The translations under genes and the position numbers were made by a program. Positions 1 to 11,520 of a stretch of DNA of 64,000 nucleotides are shown in pieces. The stretch's first letter is position 1; the number at the start of each line of letters is the position of its first letter. The notes beneath the pieces are model-generated. The model was not told the DNA's origin and made no database searches. It worked only from the letters and a program-made list of their open reading frames with translations. Source of the stretch: Anthoceros angustus (taxonomy: Eukaryota > Plantae > Anthocerotophyta); assembly GCA_010909165.1 (NCBI GenBank), contig MU008169.1, positions 1,922,001 to 1,986,000 on the forward strand, written 5' to 3'.

Positions 1-571
1 TAACTATAGAGATGATCAACTTGCTCTATAGGAAATGCAGGAGGCCCTACACAGACATGCGTCAAAAATAATACTACTGACTTCAGTAACTATTAGATAT
101 AACTTTTATCCAACCCTATTACTCAACTACCTAGTTTCAAGAATTATGCAAGACATATTATGCATATGATTTATACAATCTATAATCTACCCTTTGTAAT
201 CGAGGAACATTTGGAATCAGTAATGTAGCTCCCATTTAGAAAGGTGTCCCATAAGCATTTTCATAATTTAAAAAAAATAATAAATTCCTAAAATCTTATG
301 AGAACTTTAATGTAATATTTATAACTTTTAGGATTAATAAAATTTCAAGGATATTATTTTTATTATTATAAAAATTATAAACCTTTTTCTATGATATTTT
401 ATTTATATTTCTATGAAATGATTATTATCAGAAATTTTTAATCAAAGAGGTGTTGTGGTGTACCAAAGAGGGGATATAGAGACACTGAGCCCTTTGGAAC
501 TATACTTGTTGAGCCTCTGGCATTGCTGGATTTGGATTGTCCCCATAAGATGCAAGGGCGGGCCAGAAAGC

Positions 572-623
572 GGGTAACTTCTCCTTCTTAGTCTTCCGGG
601 TAACTTCTCCTTCTTAGTCTTCC
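572..623. repeat. 26-bp perfect tandem duplication (GGGTAACTTCTCCTTCTTAGTCTTCC x2)
   Basis: Directly visible duplicated unit. Confidence 0.9.
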
Positions 624-850
624 ATTCCATAACCCAAATAAGTTGCCTGAGATCACAGGTGCAAGACAAGTTGGGGAGCAAAACGGAAATGCCGAGCTTC
701 CGACTTGGACCGGGTTTCGCCTAATTGCAACAGAGACTTTCAAGTGCGGTGGCCTGGATATCACCGGCTCGCTTGTGGCTGGCCAGCATGTGCACTCCCC
801 CGGTTATGCCTTGCAGCTTGCAAATTGGAGCTTGCTTAAATCCGGCTAGC

Positions 851-939
851 CCCCTGGCTCTTGCTTGGCCCTTTAGCGGATTGTCCACCCTCGGTTCGGG
901 GTAGATGGTTTTCCCAATCTCTTCTTTTTAATAAAGTCT
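851..939 (+). mobile_element. Isolated 3' tail resembling the 3' end of the RLE non-LTR element at 7230-8763
   Basis: Shares CCCCTGGC...GGGGTAGATGG...T-run ATAAAGTCT with 8683-8763; no coding similarity seen upstream. Confidence 0.35.
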
Positions 940-1297
940 CCATTGTTCTCTTAAATCCGGTATTTGATTGGAAGCTCTCAAGCCGTCTCCTGGCTTCCTT
1001 CCCTGTCGGTGGAGTTCTCGTTCCTGGCATTTCTGACAGTTCCGGAGGACTGGAGCACATGTGCGGGCACTGAGCTGCTCGAGTCTGAGGCTATGGCGAT
1101 GGACTATTCACCATCCTCTTCCTCCTCGAGTGCGGGCTGTAGGGTTTGCCGGACTGACATACTGCAGCTGAGGACTGCTTAATGCAGCAGGGGTCAGGGC
1201 GCTTGAAATTGTGCCAGCGGGGATGAGCATCGGAGGGGAGGGCTACTGAGGTGAAGATCGAGGAGCGTGAGAAACGGAAGCTTCATGTCACGCAGAC

Positions 1298-2614
1298 ATG
1301 GCCAAGACCATGCAGTTGAAAGTAGGTCGCACAGTTCTGAGAGTGGTGCAAACCAGGTTTCTGTCCTGCTTGATTTCGCAGGTGCTAGCCTGTGGGATGC
1401 TGATTGTTCTCGTGACTTTCATGTTTGGATGGTGGACATCTGAGAGCCCCGGATCCGGCTTCGGAGGGGATGGCTATATAGATGTGAACACCAAGGGGTT
1501 CATCAATTCCACACGGCCTACGTTTTTGGTTCAAAATGAGCGCTCCAAAGAGCTGGAAAGGCTGAATCTGCTGCCACCCCGGAACTTGGACCTGTATCCT
1601 AGGTTGAAGAAAGAGCACGTGAAGATAGTCCTGTACGTTCACAACCGGCCCCAGTATTTGAAAGTCGTGGTGGAGAGTTTGTCCAAAGTGGAGGGGATTA
1701 GCGAGACACTATTGATTGTGAGCCATGATGGCACATTTCCAGAGATGAATGCCATTGTTCATAGTATTCGCTTTTGTCAGGTAAAGCAAATTTATGCGGT
1801 GTTTTCTCCACATGTCTATCCGGACTCGTTTCCAGGAATCTCTCCAGATGACTGTCAACAGAAAGACGACGAAGTGGTGAAAAGGGGTTGCAAGGGGGAT
1901 GCCGACCAGTTCGGAAATTACAGGTCCAAGATTGTCTCGCTGAAGCACCACTGGTGGTGGATGATGAACACCGTGTGGGATGGGATGGTGGAAAATGCAG
2001 GCTTTGATGGGCACGTGCTCTTCATTGAGGAGGATCATTACATATTCCCAAATGCTTACAGGAATATTCAAATGCTAAATCAGCTGAAAAACACCAAGTG
2101 TTTGGATTGCTATGCAGCTAATCTGGCCCCTTTGGATGTTAAATCCAGAGGCGAGATGATTCCTGCTCTGTACGTCGAGAAGATCGGCAACGTGGGTTAC
2201 TCTTTCAATCGGACCATCTGGAGGCGTCTTCATGCTCACTACAACGATTTTTGCACTTTCGACGAGTATAACTGGGACATTGCCATGTGGACACGAGTAT
2301 TCCCTGAAGTGGCGCAGGACTCTGGATTCTACACACTGCGAGGCCCTCGAGCAAGTGCAAGCCACTTTGGCATGTGCGGCCTTCATCAAGGGCAGAAGAA
2401 AGGACAGCCTGAATGTGATGACAGAGGCTTTGCAATTCCCGCCGTGTTCCCTGAGGATCTGGCTCCCAACATCGATCCTAATTGGGAAATACGCAGGTAT
2501 AGTATCAAGGGGTACACGAAGGGGCACCACAAGGGATGGGGAGGATGGGGAGACCGCCGTGATCATCAGCTTTGCATCCACTTCTCAAACATGTACCACA
2601 AACCTTCTTATTAG
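1298..2614 (+). CDS. GnTII: Alpha-1,6-mannosyl-glycoprotein beta-1,2-N-acetylglucosaminyltransferase II (GT16), single exon
   Basis: 438-aa ORF with N-terminal signal anchor, LYVHNRPQYL, LKHHWWWMMNTVWDG, EEDH, DEYNWD and C-terminal GWGGWGDRRDHQLC motifs typical of MGAT2/GnTII. Confidence 0.92.
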   Translation: MAKTMQLKVGRTVLRVVQTRFLSCLISQVLACGMLIVLVTFMFGWWTSESPGSGFGGDGYIDVNTKGFINSTRPTFLVQNERSKELERLNLLPPRNLDLYPRLKKEHVKIVLYVHNRPQYLKVVVESLSKVEGISETLLIVSHDGTFPEMNAIVHSIRFCQVKQIYAVFSPHVYPDSFPGISPDDCQQKDDEVVKRGCKGDADQFGNYRSKIVSLKHHWWWMMNTVWDGMVENAGFDGHVLFIEEDHYIFPNAYRNIQMLNQLKNTKCLDCYAANLAPLDVKSRGEMIPALYVEKIGNVGYSFNRTIWRRLHAHYNDFCTFDEYNWDIAMWTRVFPEVAQDSGFYTLRGPRASASHFGMCGLHQGQKKGQPECDDRGFAIPAVFPEDLAPNIDPNWEIRRYSIKGYTKGHHKGWGGWGDRRDHQLCIHFSNMYHKPSY

Positions 2615-2848
2615 ATATTTATACGGGCAGACCGCCCAGGCAGAGCGCACGTCTGAAGGATGCGTGTAGTCACAAGTATAAGAAGAGTTTTGCGTCATAA
2701 GTGGCAAATGGCAATCTCGTCACCAGAACAGAAGTAGACAGCAACCGATTTGGTAGTGCCCAAATGCGGAATATTGCCAACTCCATACAAACAGAATTTT
2801 TGAGCTACGTCTGCGGAAGGGTGCAACCAATTGTTGCGCCATGACAAT

Positions 2849-4172
2849 TCAATACCTAGTTACAGCCTGAACTTCCTGCAATCAGTTACTTGGGCCTGGG
2901 CTCACCCGGAAGGTCAGTAGACCTCAAAGCAAGGTCTGTGAGGACCCCATCGACGCGAACATGAAATTACTACGCCTCCTGCACACCACATAGTAAGAAT
3001 TCATCAAAACGCGCGGCACACAAAGACATTTGCTCCACGGCAGCCAGGAGCACGGAGATATGCTAAAAGAACTCCATCCAGTAACCCACAGATATAGAGC
3101 TTAATATAACAAGATGCTTAAGTACAGTCTGTGACACAATTCAAACAAATGAGTAAAACCCACTCAAGATCAAGCCATTACCGAGCCTCTGCCGCCTCAT
3201 CGTTGAGTGCGCAAATTACTGAACAGCACCCTGGTTTAATGACGACCACCCGAACTGTTTGATTGGAAGACTTGAGGCCAGATAATATTCACACCCGAAA
3301 CTCATTCGCAGACGCAAGACAAGAAAATACCATAGTTGAACTGGGAATAACTGAGTTGCACGATCTGCGATAGACATTTCCATCAACAGAAAGTTAGAGG
3401 CAAAGTGAACAGGGCGACAATCAGAAAGCTCAGTTCTCAAAAACCGAACTCTTTACTGTAATCAACAAGGATGCAGATAGTTGAAAGTTCGCACCAGCGG
3501 AGTCCATGTCAAAGTTTCCCGCACAACACAAGCGCCGCCACCAAGTTCAAGGAATCAAAACGCCATTGACCTGGAAATAACAAGCACCTCCACAGTGGCC
3601 TCAAGTACCAGAGCTCTTAGAACCATGGAGACACTTCCAAGGTTGCTCCTAGCAAATCTAGCTGCAGTCTTCTCATGTAAAAGTGGGTGACTCCAAGTGT
3701 GCCAAAACACAAATCGACAACTACATCATGCGATTACTCAGCGTGATCTTGAAGGACAAGGCAATAGACTTTGCAAACCACTTCTTGACAAAGAGGCTCG
3801 CCATTTCATCTGCACACAACACTCTTAACAGTGTGTCCATCTTCATTATCCAGACGGACCAAGAACTTCGTTCACCTTGACTACGTATGCATAAACCTAC
3901 ATATTTACCATGTCCCAGGCTGACCAGTCCTGACTACAGGAAAGCAACCCGAAGGACAAACAGAACAGGGTGAGTGGGCAAGAAGGTAGAGTTGGATCTG
4001 ACAACCCACAAAACTTGACAAGAGAAGAAAATGAACAACAGTGAAGCGACAGCATCCCCATCCACTCCAGCATTGCCCACTTGGCACTCACTATTACAAT
4101 TTCACTGACATTGCCTCCGCGACACCAGAAAGTGAAGCTCCCCAGGCAATCATACAAGGGGAACGTTGTCAT
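2849..4172 (-). other. Possible unannotated multi-exon gene or pseudogene of unknown family
   Basis: Short segments bounded by AG/GT signals. The last four join in frame (IVQLSYSQFNY-VRVVVIKPGCCSVICALNDEAAEAR-GGVVISCSRRWGPHRPCFE-EVQAVTRY*). The upstream exons could not be joined without stops. Confidence 0.25.
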
Positions 4173-4338
4173 CTCCTGTCTTTACCCTAGATCGCACACA
4201 TCGGAGCGAGAAATCTTATAGCAGGTGAACAGCCCTCCCTCAGCCACGAGCTTGTGACATGGTGTAACGACCATCTAGATCTCTTACAATGTACATTAAA
4301 CCGCAATCTACTAATACCAACAACTACAGGGACCAATC

Positions 4339-6606
4339 TCAGTCTTGCAGCTTTAACCTGTTGAACAAGATGAGGAAATTTCTCTCTGTGGCTGAGTAAA
4401 CAAATCCCAGCTCGGCTCCATTGGTGTGACTACTTTTACCATCCAGGAGAATCAGATCACCGTCTATCCAGTGCGGGTTACGGAACCCTGGTTCTGCTAA
4501 CCTGCCCTGACCTTTGAACCGCGCCACCACACCAAGCTCCTCAGGATAGGACGTCCTGTGTGATAATCGGTTTTCTCGACCTGTCTTGGCACGGAAGGTG
4601 ACCTGGCCAGCAGGTACATTGAGATCGCCTGTTAGCTTCACTGCCTCGACATACTCGAAAAACTCCAGCTTCTCCCCTGTAGACTGGGCTCCGGCATCTT
4701 GCCAGCAGCCATATTTTCTCTTCACCTGCACAACCTCTGAAGTGTAGGGACCAAACGCGCCAATATATAATCCACACAGTGGATCAGAACTTGCTTCTAT
4801 AGTGTTTATCCGGGTGAAATTCGTGATTTTCTGTAAGCCGTGTCTTCTCTGAGCTTGACTCACAGCCAGTCTTATCATTTCTCCCATCTCCTTGGAGACC
4901 TTCACAGGTACCTTATCCACGTTCCAGAAGACCTTCGCAACATCATCAGGCATCAGCCCTGCCGAAGCTCTCGTGGCAACTGCAGCCACCTTCCACGAAG
5001 GTGCAACCTCCTTAGAAGGTGTCTGTGGCAGACCGGTCTCATCTATATTAAACACAAACGAATCTCTGGACTTGGCTTCAATGGTCGCCGGCACTCTCAC
5101 TGGCAGCTTTGGAACCTTGTCCTCACCATTGTTCTGCATAACTCCCCCAAGTAAAAGTCTGACGGACACCTTCTGTTCCCCATTCCTAGTAACTTCAGAC
5201 AGAAAATCACTTGGGATCTTCTCGTCCAATACAATGGAAGCTTCTTCCACATTTCCCTCTTTATCACTACCACTAGCATTGGCTTCTTCGTTATCCTTCT
5301 CCTCCTCTTGCTCTGGCTCCATGATCTGCTCCACAATCTTAGGAATATCCACCCCCTCCGGAGCCACGACCTGGAAAACATTAAGCTTCAGATCAGGAAT
5401 CAGATCGGGGATCCTGCCCTTAAGAAAGTTGATGACCACCTTCAGACCCTCGTTCACGTCCGACCCCTCCGGCTCCCGTTTCTCAGTGGACTCGGGGGCA
5501 GAGTCTTCAAGCTTTTTCTCACCCTCCCCTTCCACGATCACGTTCTTCACCTCCACAATGTTAACCGCACCGTCCTTCACAGGCGCAGGCGCCGCCTCCA
5601 CAGCCTGCGTCCCCTCCCTCTGCAAGTACACGGCCTGCAGCTCGTACTCGCCACTCTTACTCTTATTCACAAAAACCTCAAACAAGGGAATGCCCGGCGA
5701 GCCGGAGGCCAGCTGCCTCGCCGTATAGCTCTTAGCCACAAGCCTCCCCTGCATGGGAACAATGCTAACCAAGCGACCGAAGGGATCGCTCCCTCCGTCC
5801 CCCAAGCCAGACCACCAGCCTACCAGCCCCGCCCCCGCCTTGTCCCGCAACCTGGCCGCATCCCCGTACCTCTCCTCCTGCAACGCCCTCTCCAACTCCT
5901 TCATCACCTCCGCCACCGCGTCCCCGGCACTAACGCCGGCAATAGTCTGCTTCAGCTTAGCCGCCTCCGCATAGTCCTGCCTCTCCACCGCGTCCTCCAA
6001 CTGGAACTTCAGCGCAGAAGCCAGGCTCTCCCTCTCCTCCACCTCCGCAAACAGCGTCTGCCACCGATCCCACTCCGACACCGCCTTCTCCTCCACCTCG
6101 GGCTCCGGCTCCGGCTCCGGCTCCTTCTCCGGCTCCGCCTCCACCGCGGCCTCGGCCTGCTTCCCCTTCCCCTTCCCCTTCAGCTTGCTCAGCCGGTGGT
6201 TGTCAAGGTAGTCCTGCAGCCTCTTGCTGGCCGTGGTCATCATCTCCCGCAGCGGGTCGCTCATCTTGGCTGCTGCCGCCTGCATCTTCTTCGAGGAGCC
6301 GGCCAGATCCCAGCCCGCCGCGCTCCCGCTTTCCCCCGCGCTCTCCGAATTGCTCCCCGACGAGGAGGCCGCCGCATCCTCTCCCGCCCCGGCACCTTCA
6401 CTCCCTGCAGATCCGCGGCATCGACACACTCCCGACCTGCTCCTGCTTCTGCTCCACACAGAGCCAGAGCCAAAGCCAGAGACGGAGCCGAAGCCGGGCC
6501 ACCTGGTAGAAGCGGCATGCAAAGCCACAACCTTGTGAGAGCTCACCACCACAGCATTCCGGCCCCGGAAAGGACTAGCCACGGGAACCGCGGCCGCCGC
6601 CGCCAT
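4339..6606 (-). CDS. EX1: EXECUTER (EX1/EX2 family) plastid singlet-oxygen signalling protein, intronless, ~755 aa
   Basis: Transit-peptide-like N-terminus, WDRWQTLF..LKFQLEDAVERQDYAEAAKLK UVR repeats, C-terminal DUF3506 with GQGRLAEPGFRNPHWIDG and FNRLKL. An in-frame ATG further upstream at 6762 is an alternative start. Confidence 0.93.
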   Translation of the reverse strand: MAAAAAVPVASPFRGRNAVVVSSHKVVALHAASTRWPGFGSVSGFGSGSVWSRSRSRSGVCRCRGSAGSEGAGAGEDAAASSSGSNSESAGESGSAAGWDLAGSSKKMQAAAAKMSDPLREMMTTASKRLQDYLDNHRLSKLKGKGKGKQAEAAVEAEPEKEPEPEPEPEVEEKAVSEWDRWQTLFAEVEERESLASALKFQLEDAVERQDYAEAAKLKQTIAGVSAGDAVAEVMKELERALQEERYGDAARLRDKAGAGLVGWWSGLGDGGSDPFGRLVSIVPMQGRLVAKSYTARQLASGSPGIPLFEVFVNKSKSGEYELQAVYLQREGTQAVEAAPAPVKDGAVNIVEVKNVIVEGEGEKKLEDSAPESTEKREPEGSDVNEGLKVVINFLKGRIPDLIPDLKLNVFQVVAPEGVDIPKIVEQIMEPEQEEEKDNEEANASGSDKEGNVEEASIVLDEKIPSDFLSEVTRNGEQKVSVRLLLGGVMQNNGEDKVPKLPVRVPATIEAKSRDSFVFNIDETGLPQTPSKEVAPSWKVAAVATRASAGLMPDDVAKVFWNVDKVPVKVSKEMGEMIRLAVSQAQRRHGLQKITNFTRINTIEASSDPLCGLYIGAFGPYTSEVVQVKRKYGCWQDAGAQSTGEKLEFFEYVEAVKLTGDLNVPAGQVTFRAKTGRENRLSHRTSYPEELGVVARFKGQGRLAEPGFRNPHWIDGDLILLDGKSSHTNGAELGFVYSATERNFLILFNRLKLQD

Positions 6607-7229
6607 CTTCCCCTCGCTCTCCCGCTCCCTGCTGCGCTCACCTCCAAACTGCTGCTGCCGCCGGTAACATGAATGCGGTTTGCTGTCCCCTCTGTGCGCT
6701 GCTGCTACTGCTGCTGCTGCTGCTCCTGCTTGCAAGTGGACTGCCATCACCGGGGCAGGCATGTCACTCTAACCATGGTACCGCCGCACCGAGCGTGACG
6801 GATCGCACGACTCCCCACAGCGCGAGGCTACACCGATTGCATCGACAGCCTCATGGAGCATCCACGCCGCAGTAGCGCTGTGGGTCGACGAGGAAGCAGT
6901 GAGAGGCGAAAAAGTAACCAGCAGAGGCGGATAGGGATCCGAGCTCTTGGATGTTGCCCTTTCCACCACGATATGCTTGGCTGGAGCCCCATGGATAACC
7001 TCATATTTTCACCCACCGTCCCAATATCCAATTTCCACTCCAAACTCATGCATGTTGTAACTGCCACGTATGTATCTATTTGATGAGAGACAACCACTCT
7101 CTCTCTTAGGGTTGAAACCCCTACGGTTTACAGCCGCTGCTGCATTCTCATTCGCCACAACAGCAACAACTCCTCGAGACCAGGAAGCTCTAGCTCTAAC
7201 ACATATGCACTAGGTAGTAGACTACCTAT

Positions 7230-8763
7230 TTACGCAAGTCTATGTGAGACATTATCGGCCCAGGTTTCTTGGAATGTGCGGCCGGGGACTTGATGCGATG
7301 ACAAGTCTCTAGGTTAGGCTACCTGCAGGTGGTCTTTGGCATCCTCTCTTCTTGCTTGGCGCGCTACTCTAGGTATCTCATTCGTACTATCCCCCCTCTC
7401 CAGTTTTTCTTCCTCAACTTGGAGATTTCAACAAGCAAGTTATGCAGTTTTGGGGAGACATTATCGACCCAGGGTTCCTTCGAATGTGTAGTCGAGGACT
7501 TGGTGCGGCGTTAGGCGTCCCTCCTTGTCGGTTTTGGGGGCACAGGTCTTTTGGCCATGGAGGCCTCGGCGCTAGCGGCTTTTCTAAGAAGCTGGGCCCG
7601 AATTTCGGCCTCTCGCTTCCTTATCCGAGATAACAACATTTTGGAGAGTTTTGTCGCAGGAGTTGAGGAGGGGTGCTTCCCCCTCTAAGTGTCCCTAAGG
7701 TCGGCTAGGGACCTCTTATCCTCTCTAGCCAAGGAGGTCATGCCTTCTTTTTCTTTGTTTCTCACAGACGGGTTTCGGGGGTTGCAGGCTTCTCTCCAGG
7801 AAAAGCATTATGGGCAGGTGCTGCAAGGTCTTCTTTTGGATTCTTTATTCCTTGTCCCGCTAGAGCTCGCCTTCACTCTTGCTCAAGTAAGGGTGTAGGT
7901 TCCTAGCTCCTAGCCCGCCCTTGCATCCAAGTGTCCCGAATCACACCAGCTTCTTTTTCTACCGCAATGAGGTTCCGCCTGGGTCTGGTCCAACCACTAG
8001 CCTGTTCTCTTCCGGCCTGTTGTTGTGAGGCCTCCATCGACAACTCTGGGGCCCGCTTAGCACGTTGTCCAATGGGTAGACAACGTATTGCTACACACGA
8101 CGCCGTTCGAGATGTCATGTTCTCGATGGCCAAGGAGAGCGGTTTCTTCCCTTTCAAGGAGCGTCAGTATACTCTGCTCAATGGCATCTCTATCAGAGCT
8201 GACCTTTTCTTGACGCGGGGGGATGAGGTCTCGGTTGCGAACGTGGTTGTCTCTGACCTAACCAAAGATTCTGTTAGCGACCATGTCATCATCAACCCTC
8301 CAGGTTGGGCGGCTAAAAGGAGTGCAACTAATAAAATTTACAAGTATAGGCCCATGCAGCAAGGTCACATTTTCATCCCACTTGCCATTGAAACCCATGG
8401 GGCCTTGGGTAAGGTTTTGTCTCGTTTTATCAAGGAGTGCGCAAGGGCCTACCACAACGAGGTGGGTTGGCCTCCCCTTTCCGATGTCGTGGCATATTTC
8501 GAACGGATTCCATCGCCCTGCAAAGGGCATTGGCCAGCGCCATCTTTAGAACGATTACGAGTGCTGGAGACGCGACATCGGTGGTATAAGTGGTAAGCAG
8601 GCCCTTCCCTGTCTCGAACGGCAACATCTTGGGGGCGATTGGAGGTTATAGGGTAGATTAGTGGGGGGCCACCCCTCCCCCCCCCCTGGCCTAGTGCCCC
8701 GTCGTGGGTTGTCCCCTTTTGCCTCGGGGTAGATGGAATTTTCTCGTTTTTTTTATAAAGTCT
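7230..8763 (+). mobile_element. 5'-truncated, degenerate non-LTR retrotransposon of an RLE-encoding clade (CRE-like), copy 1
   Basis: Post-RT LG.LQVVFGILSSC..YLIRT.PP, then Q.SL.V.FGG.GL, C-x-C..D..G...RC..G..RIATHDAVRD zinc knuckle, and RADL..ANVVVSD..K..KY..FIPLAIETHG restriction-like endonuclease motifs; stops and frameshifts present. Confidence 0.82.
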
Positions 8764-10189
8764 TCACATTCCCCTTTACGTAGTATCAAATGAAGTGCAA
8801 CATTCTCCTTATATATCTACCTAATATTTTAGTTATATTTATTATCCTTTTTAATTATTTTCAAGTCCTATTTTGATATTTTTTTTAATAAGGGATGTAA
8901 AATTGCTCTACAGAAGATACTAGTCAAAATAGTTGAAGAATAGCAACAACAATGGCATGTACATCTTGGATAGTGCAAGTGTTTTCCATAGGTCCTTGTA
9001 TTTCCATGGCTATGATATCTTAGGCGGTATAGGTGACTTTAGGTATGGAGCATAGCTGCTCCACTTTATTGTGACTCTCAGGTCCCACAAGTACAGCAGA
9101 GTTATATGGCAGAGGCAGCTGAGCATGAGGCTGGCTTAGTGTATAAGCTAAGCTCAACTGGCTTGGTGTATAAGCAGTACCATCGTGTCTTGTGTGTTGC
9201 CACTCATAGATCCTTCAAAGATTGTTGATTCAGTCGCTGGGTTCCTCCGCATCCTTCGCTAGTACCAAAATCGAGATGTTCGTACTTCTCTCTCTTGGTC
9301 AGGACTTCGAATTCGCTCCGATGGATACATGATGGCCTGTCAATGGTTCCCAAATATAGGTCATGTTACATGGCTTACAATAACTAAAAATCATCATACT
9401 TAGTAGCTTCATTCAACATGACCTATATTTTGGAAGCTAAGCAAATAAGGAAATTTGCTAAGAGGTTTAGATAAATCCACTTGCCCTAGCAAATTCATAA
9501 GCTTTTGTGATTCGCTAGCGTAAAATTATTGTCAATTTGCAAATTGTGAAAACTATAATGTATCTACACATACAATTATATATCATCAAAATTCATGTAT
9601 CTACAAAACATCATCATCATCAAGTAACATAGCGTTGTCCATGAATCTTACCTCACTACTTAGATACTTGATTTCATACTGTAAGACTTATTGTAGGAAA
9701 TTGGTTGTTTGATTCCATATTTAGATGCCTTTTATACTTTGTTTGGTTTTGTGTCAAAAATTTACTTCAAGCTTGCCTACCTCGTCTAATGGCTAGCCTA
9801 TTTTATCTTTTTTTTCGAGTAATTATACTTTTACTCCAGATTATATTTTTTACTACAAAAAATATGTATTTATCTAATAGGTACTTGGCCTGTCTTGGCT
9901 ATTCTGACTCAGTTCACACGTAGAAGTATCATGTGTTGTAGCATAGATCCCAATATACGCCTCAATCTCGGTAAGATCCACTTCGGGCTGAGTGGTGAAG
10001 GGCTAATTTCAAGGGTCCCCTATACATTTCCCCAAAGAAAAAGCTCCTATGGGGTTGCAGATATTGATCTCAATCTCAATCCCGACTCTCATGCCATAGC
10101 TCAAGGAGAGCGATAATCATTGCTGTAGGAGGACACAAGGGTATAGAGGGTATCATTTTGATGCATTATGCGCAAACCATTTTTGCTCT

Positions 10190-10450
10190 GTCTCTACGGT
10201 GGGCATACAACTCTTCGAGTATGGTGCATCGCACCAACAACTAATGTGTTTGTGCATTGAAGGGAATCAATAGTGGCCGGCATGAGTGCATGAATTGTGG
10301 GAATTGTGGGAATTCTAAAAATTCTAGTAATTCTGAGAATTATGGGAATTCTAGGAATTCTGGGAATTATGTCCAAGACATGATTCAAGAGCGATTCTGA
10401 ATTCTCTCCTAAACGTCCATGGGCAATCGCCCCTGATTGCTCCGCCCACT
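10190..10450 (-). mobile_element. Degenerate gag-like relic with 9-bp GGAATTCTG-type tandem repeats
   Basis: 9-bp repeat array at ~10280-10370, followed on the minus strand by a frameshifted CWCDA..HTRR..CP knuckle-like motif. Confidence 0.3.
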
Positions 10451-11383
10451 TCACTCTTGGCGCTTCTCCCCCCTCCTAATTATGACCTCTGAATTTCAGA
10501 GATAATTCTAGAGTCATCCATCTCCCTCACCTTTCATCGCCACCTACAATCCACACCGTGTACTACACAATTGCGCAATCCAAACACCCTAAACCTTGAA
10601 GGCGGCAAGCTCTAATGAGCAACTTTGCTAGTCTATCCTTACATGGATTGTCGCATAAGTAATGCTAAATATTTTGTACGGTAAAAGACAATCAGGAATA
10701 GAATTTACATGCCAAAACATGATATTTTTTCATTTCCAATAGCAGAATAATGCGTTCTTTTTGAATGCACTATTGTAACTCAATTTCTATTTGGATTTTT
10801 TTTCCAAAACTTAAAACATGCATGAACCATTGCGCTACAACAAATTGTGGATTAGTCTATATTCTAGCTTGGATTACTTCACTACCAACTTCGTGTTGGG
10901 GGCAAATTATTTCACTCTGACTCAGGGGGAATAGACCATTCCTTTTCTAACTTTTTGTAAAATGGGAAACAAATTATTCTGGTCTCAGACATGTTTATAC
11001 AGCTTACAGAAGGCCAAGCAATCGCACTCACAAATTGTGAAAGAGGACACATAATAGACATGCTTGTGTACATTACCTAGTGGAAAAAAAAAACAAAAAA
11101 AACAACTTTCTCCACATGTCATGCATCGATCATGGAAAAAATATTTTATTAAAATCCAAAAATTTTGTATGTCCTTTCACCATAGAATGCATCATTTAAG
11201 ATACTCATAGTTCTCTAGAAATACCACAACTCAGGTGATTTGAATTATAAATGTTGCAAGCGCACTTACATAAACAGATCGGTCTTGCATACCGATTAGT
11301 GTGAAAGCTGTGTATGGTCCCTTGTACTTTCATATGTCATGTGCACCAAAAATGACCACCGTGATATCGGCTGGACTTCTAGT

Positions 11384-11520
11384 CCTCCATCTCATGTAAG
11401 TTTTTCATGTGCCATCAACGGCTTTGAGAATCGAATGGAGAGACTATAAGTCCAGCCCTCCATCTCATGTAGGTTTTTCATGTGCCATCAACGGCTTTGA
11501 GAATCGAATGGAGAGACTTT
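11384..11520. repeat. ~73-bp tandem duplication
   Basis: CCTCCATCTCATGTA..GAATCGAATGGAGAGACT occurs at 11384 and 11457. Confidence 0.9.

Noticed and set aside
6607-6762. 52-aa N-terminal extension of EXECUTER
   Set aside because: Derived from a (GCA)n-rich leader; the ATG at 6606 gives a more typical transit peptide. It cannot be excluded without TSS data.
7236-8763. AAGTCT near both ends of RLE copy 1 as a target-site duplication
   Set aside because: The 5' occurrences fall within element-derived sequence (the one at ~7303 encodes Q-V-S), so they are not flanking DNA.
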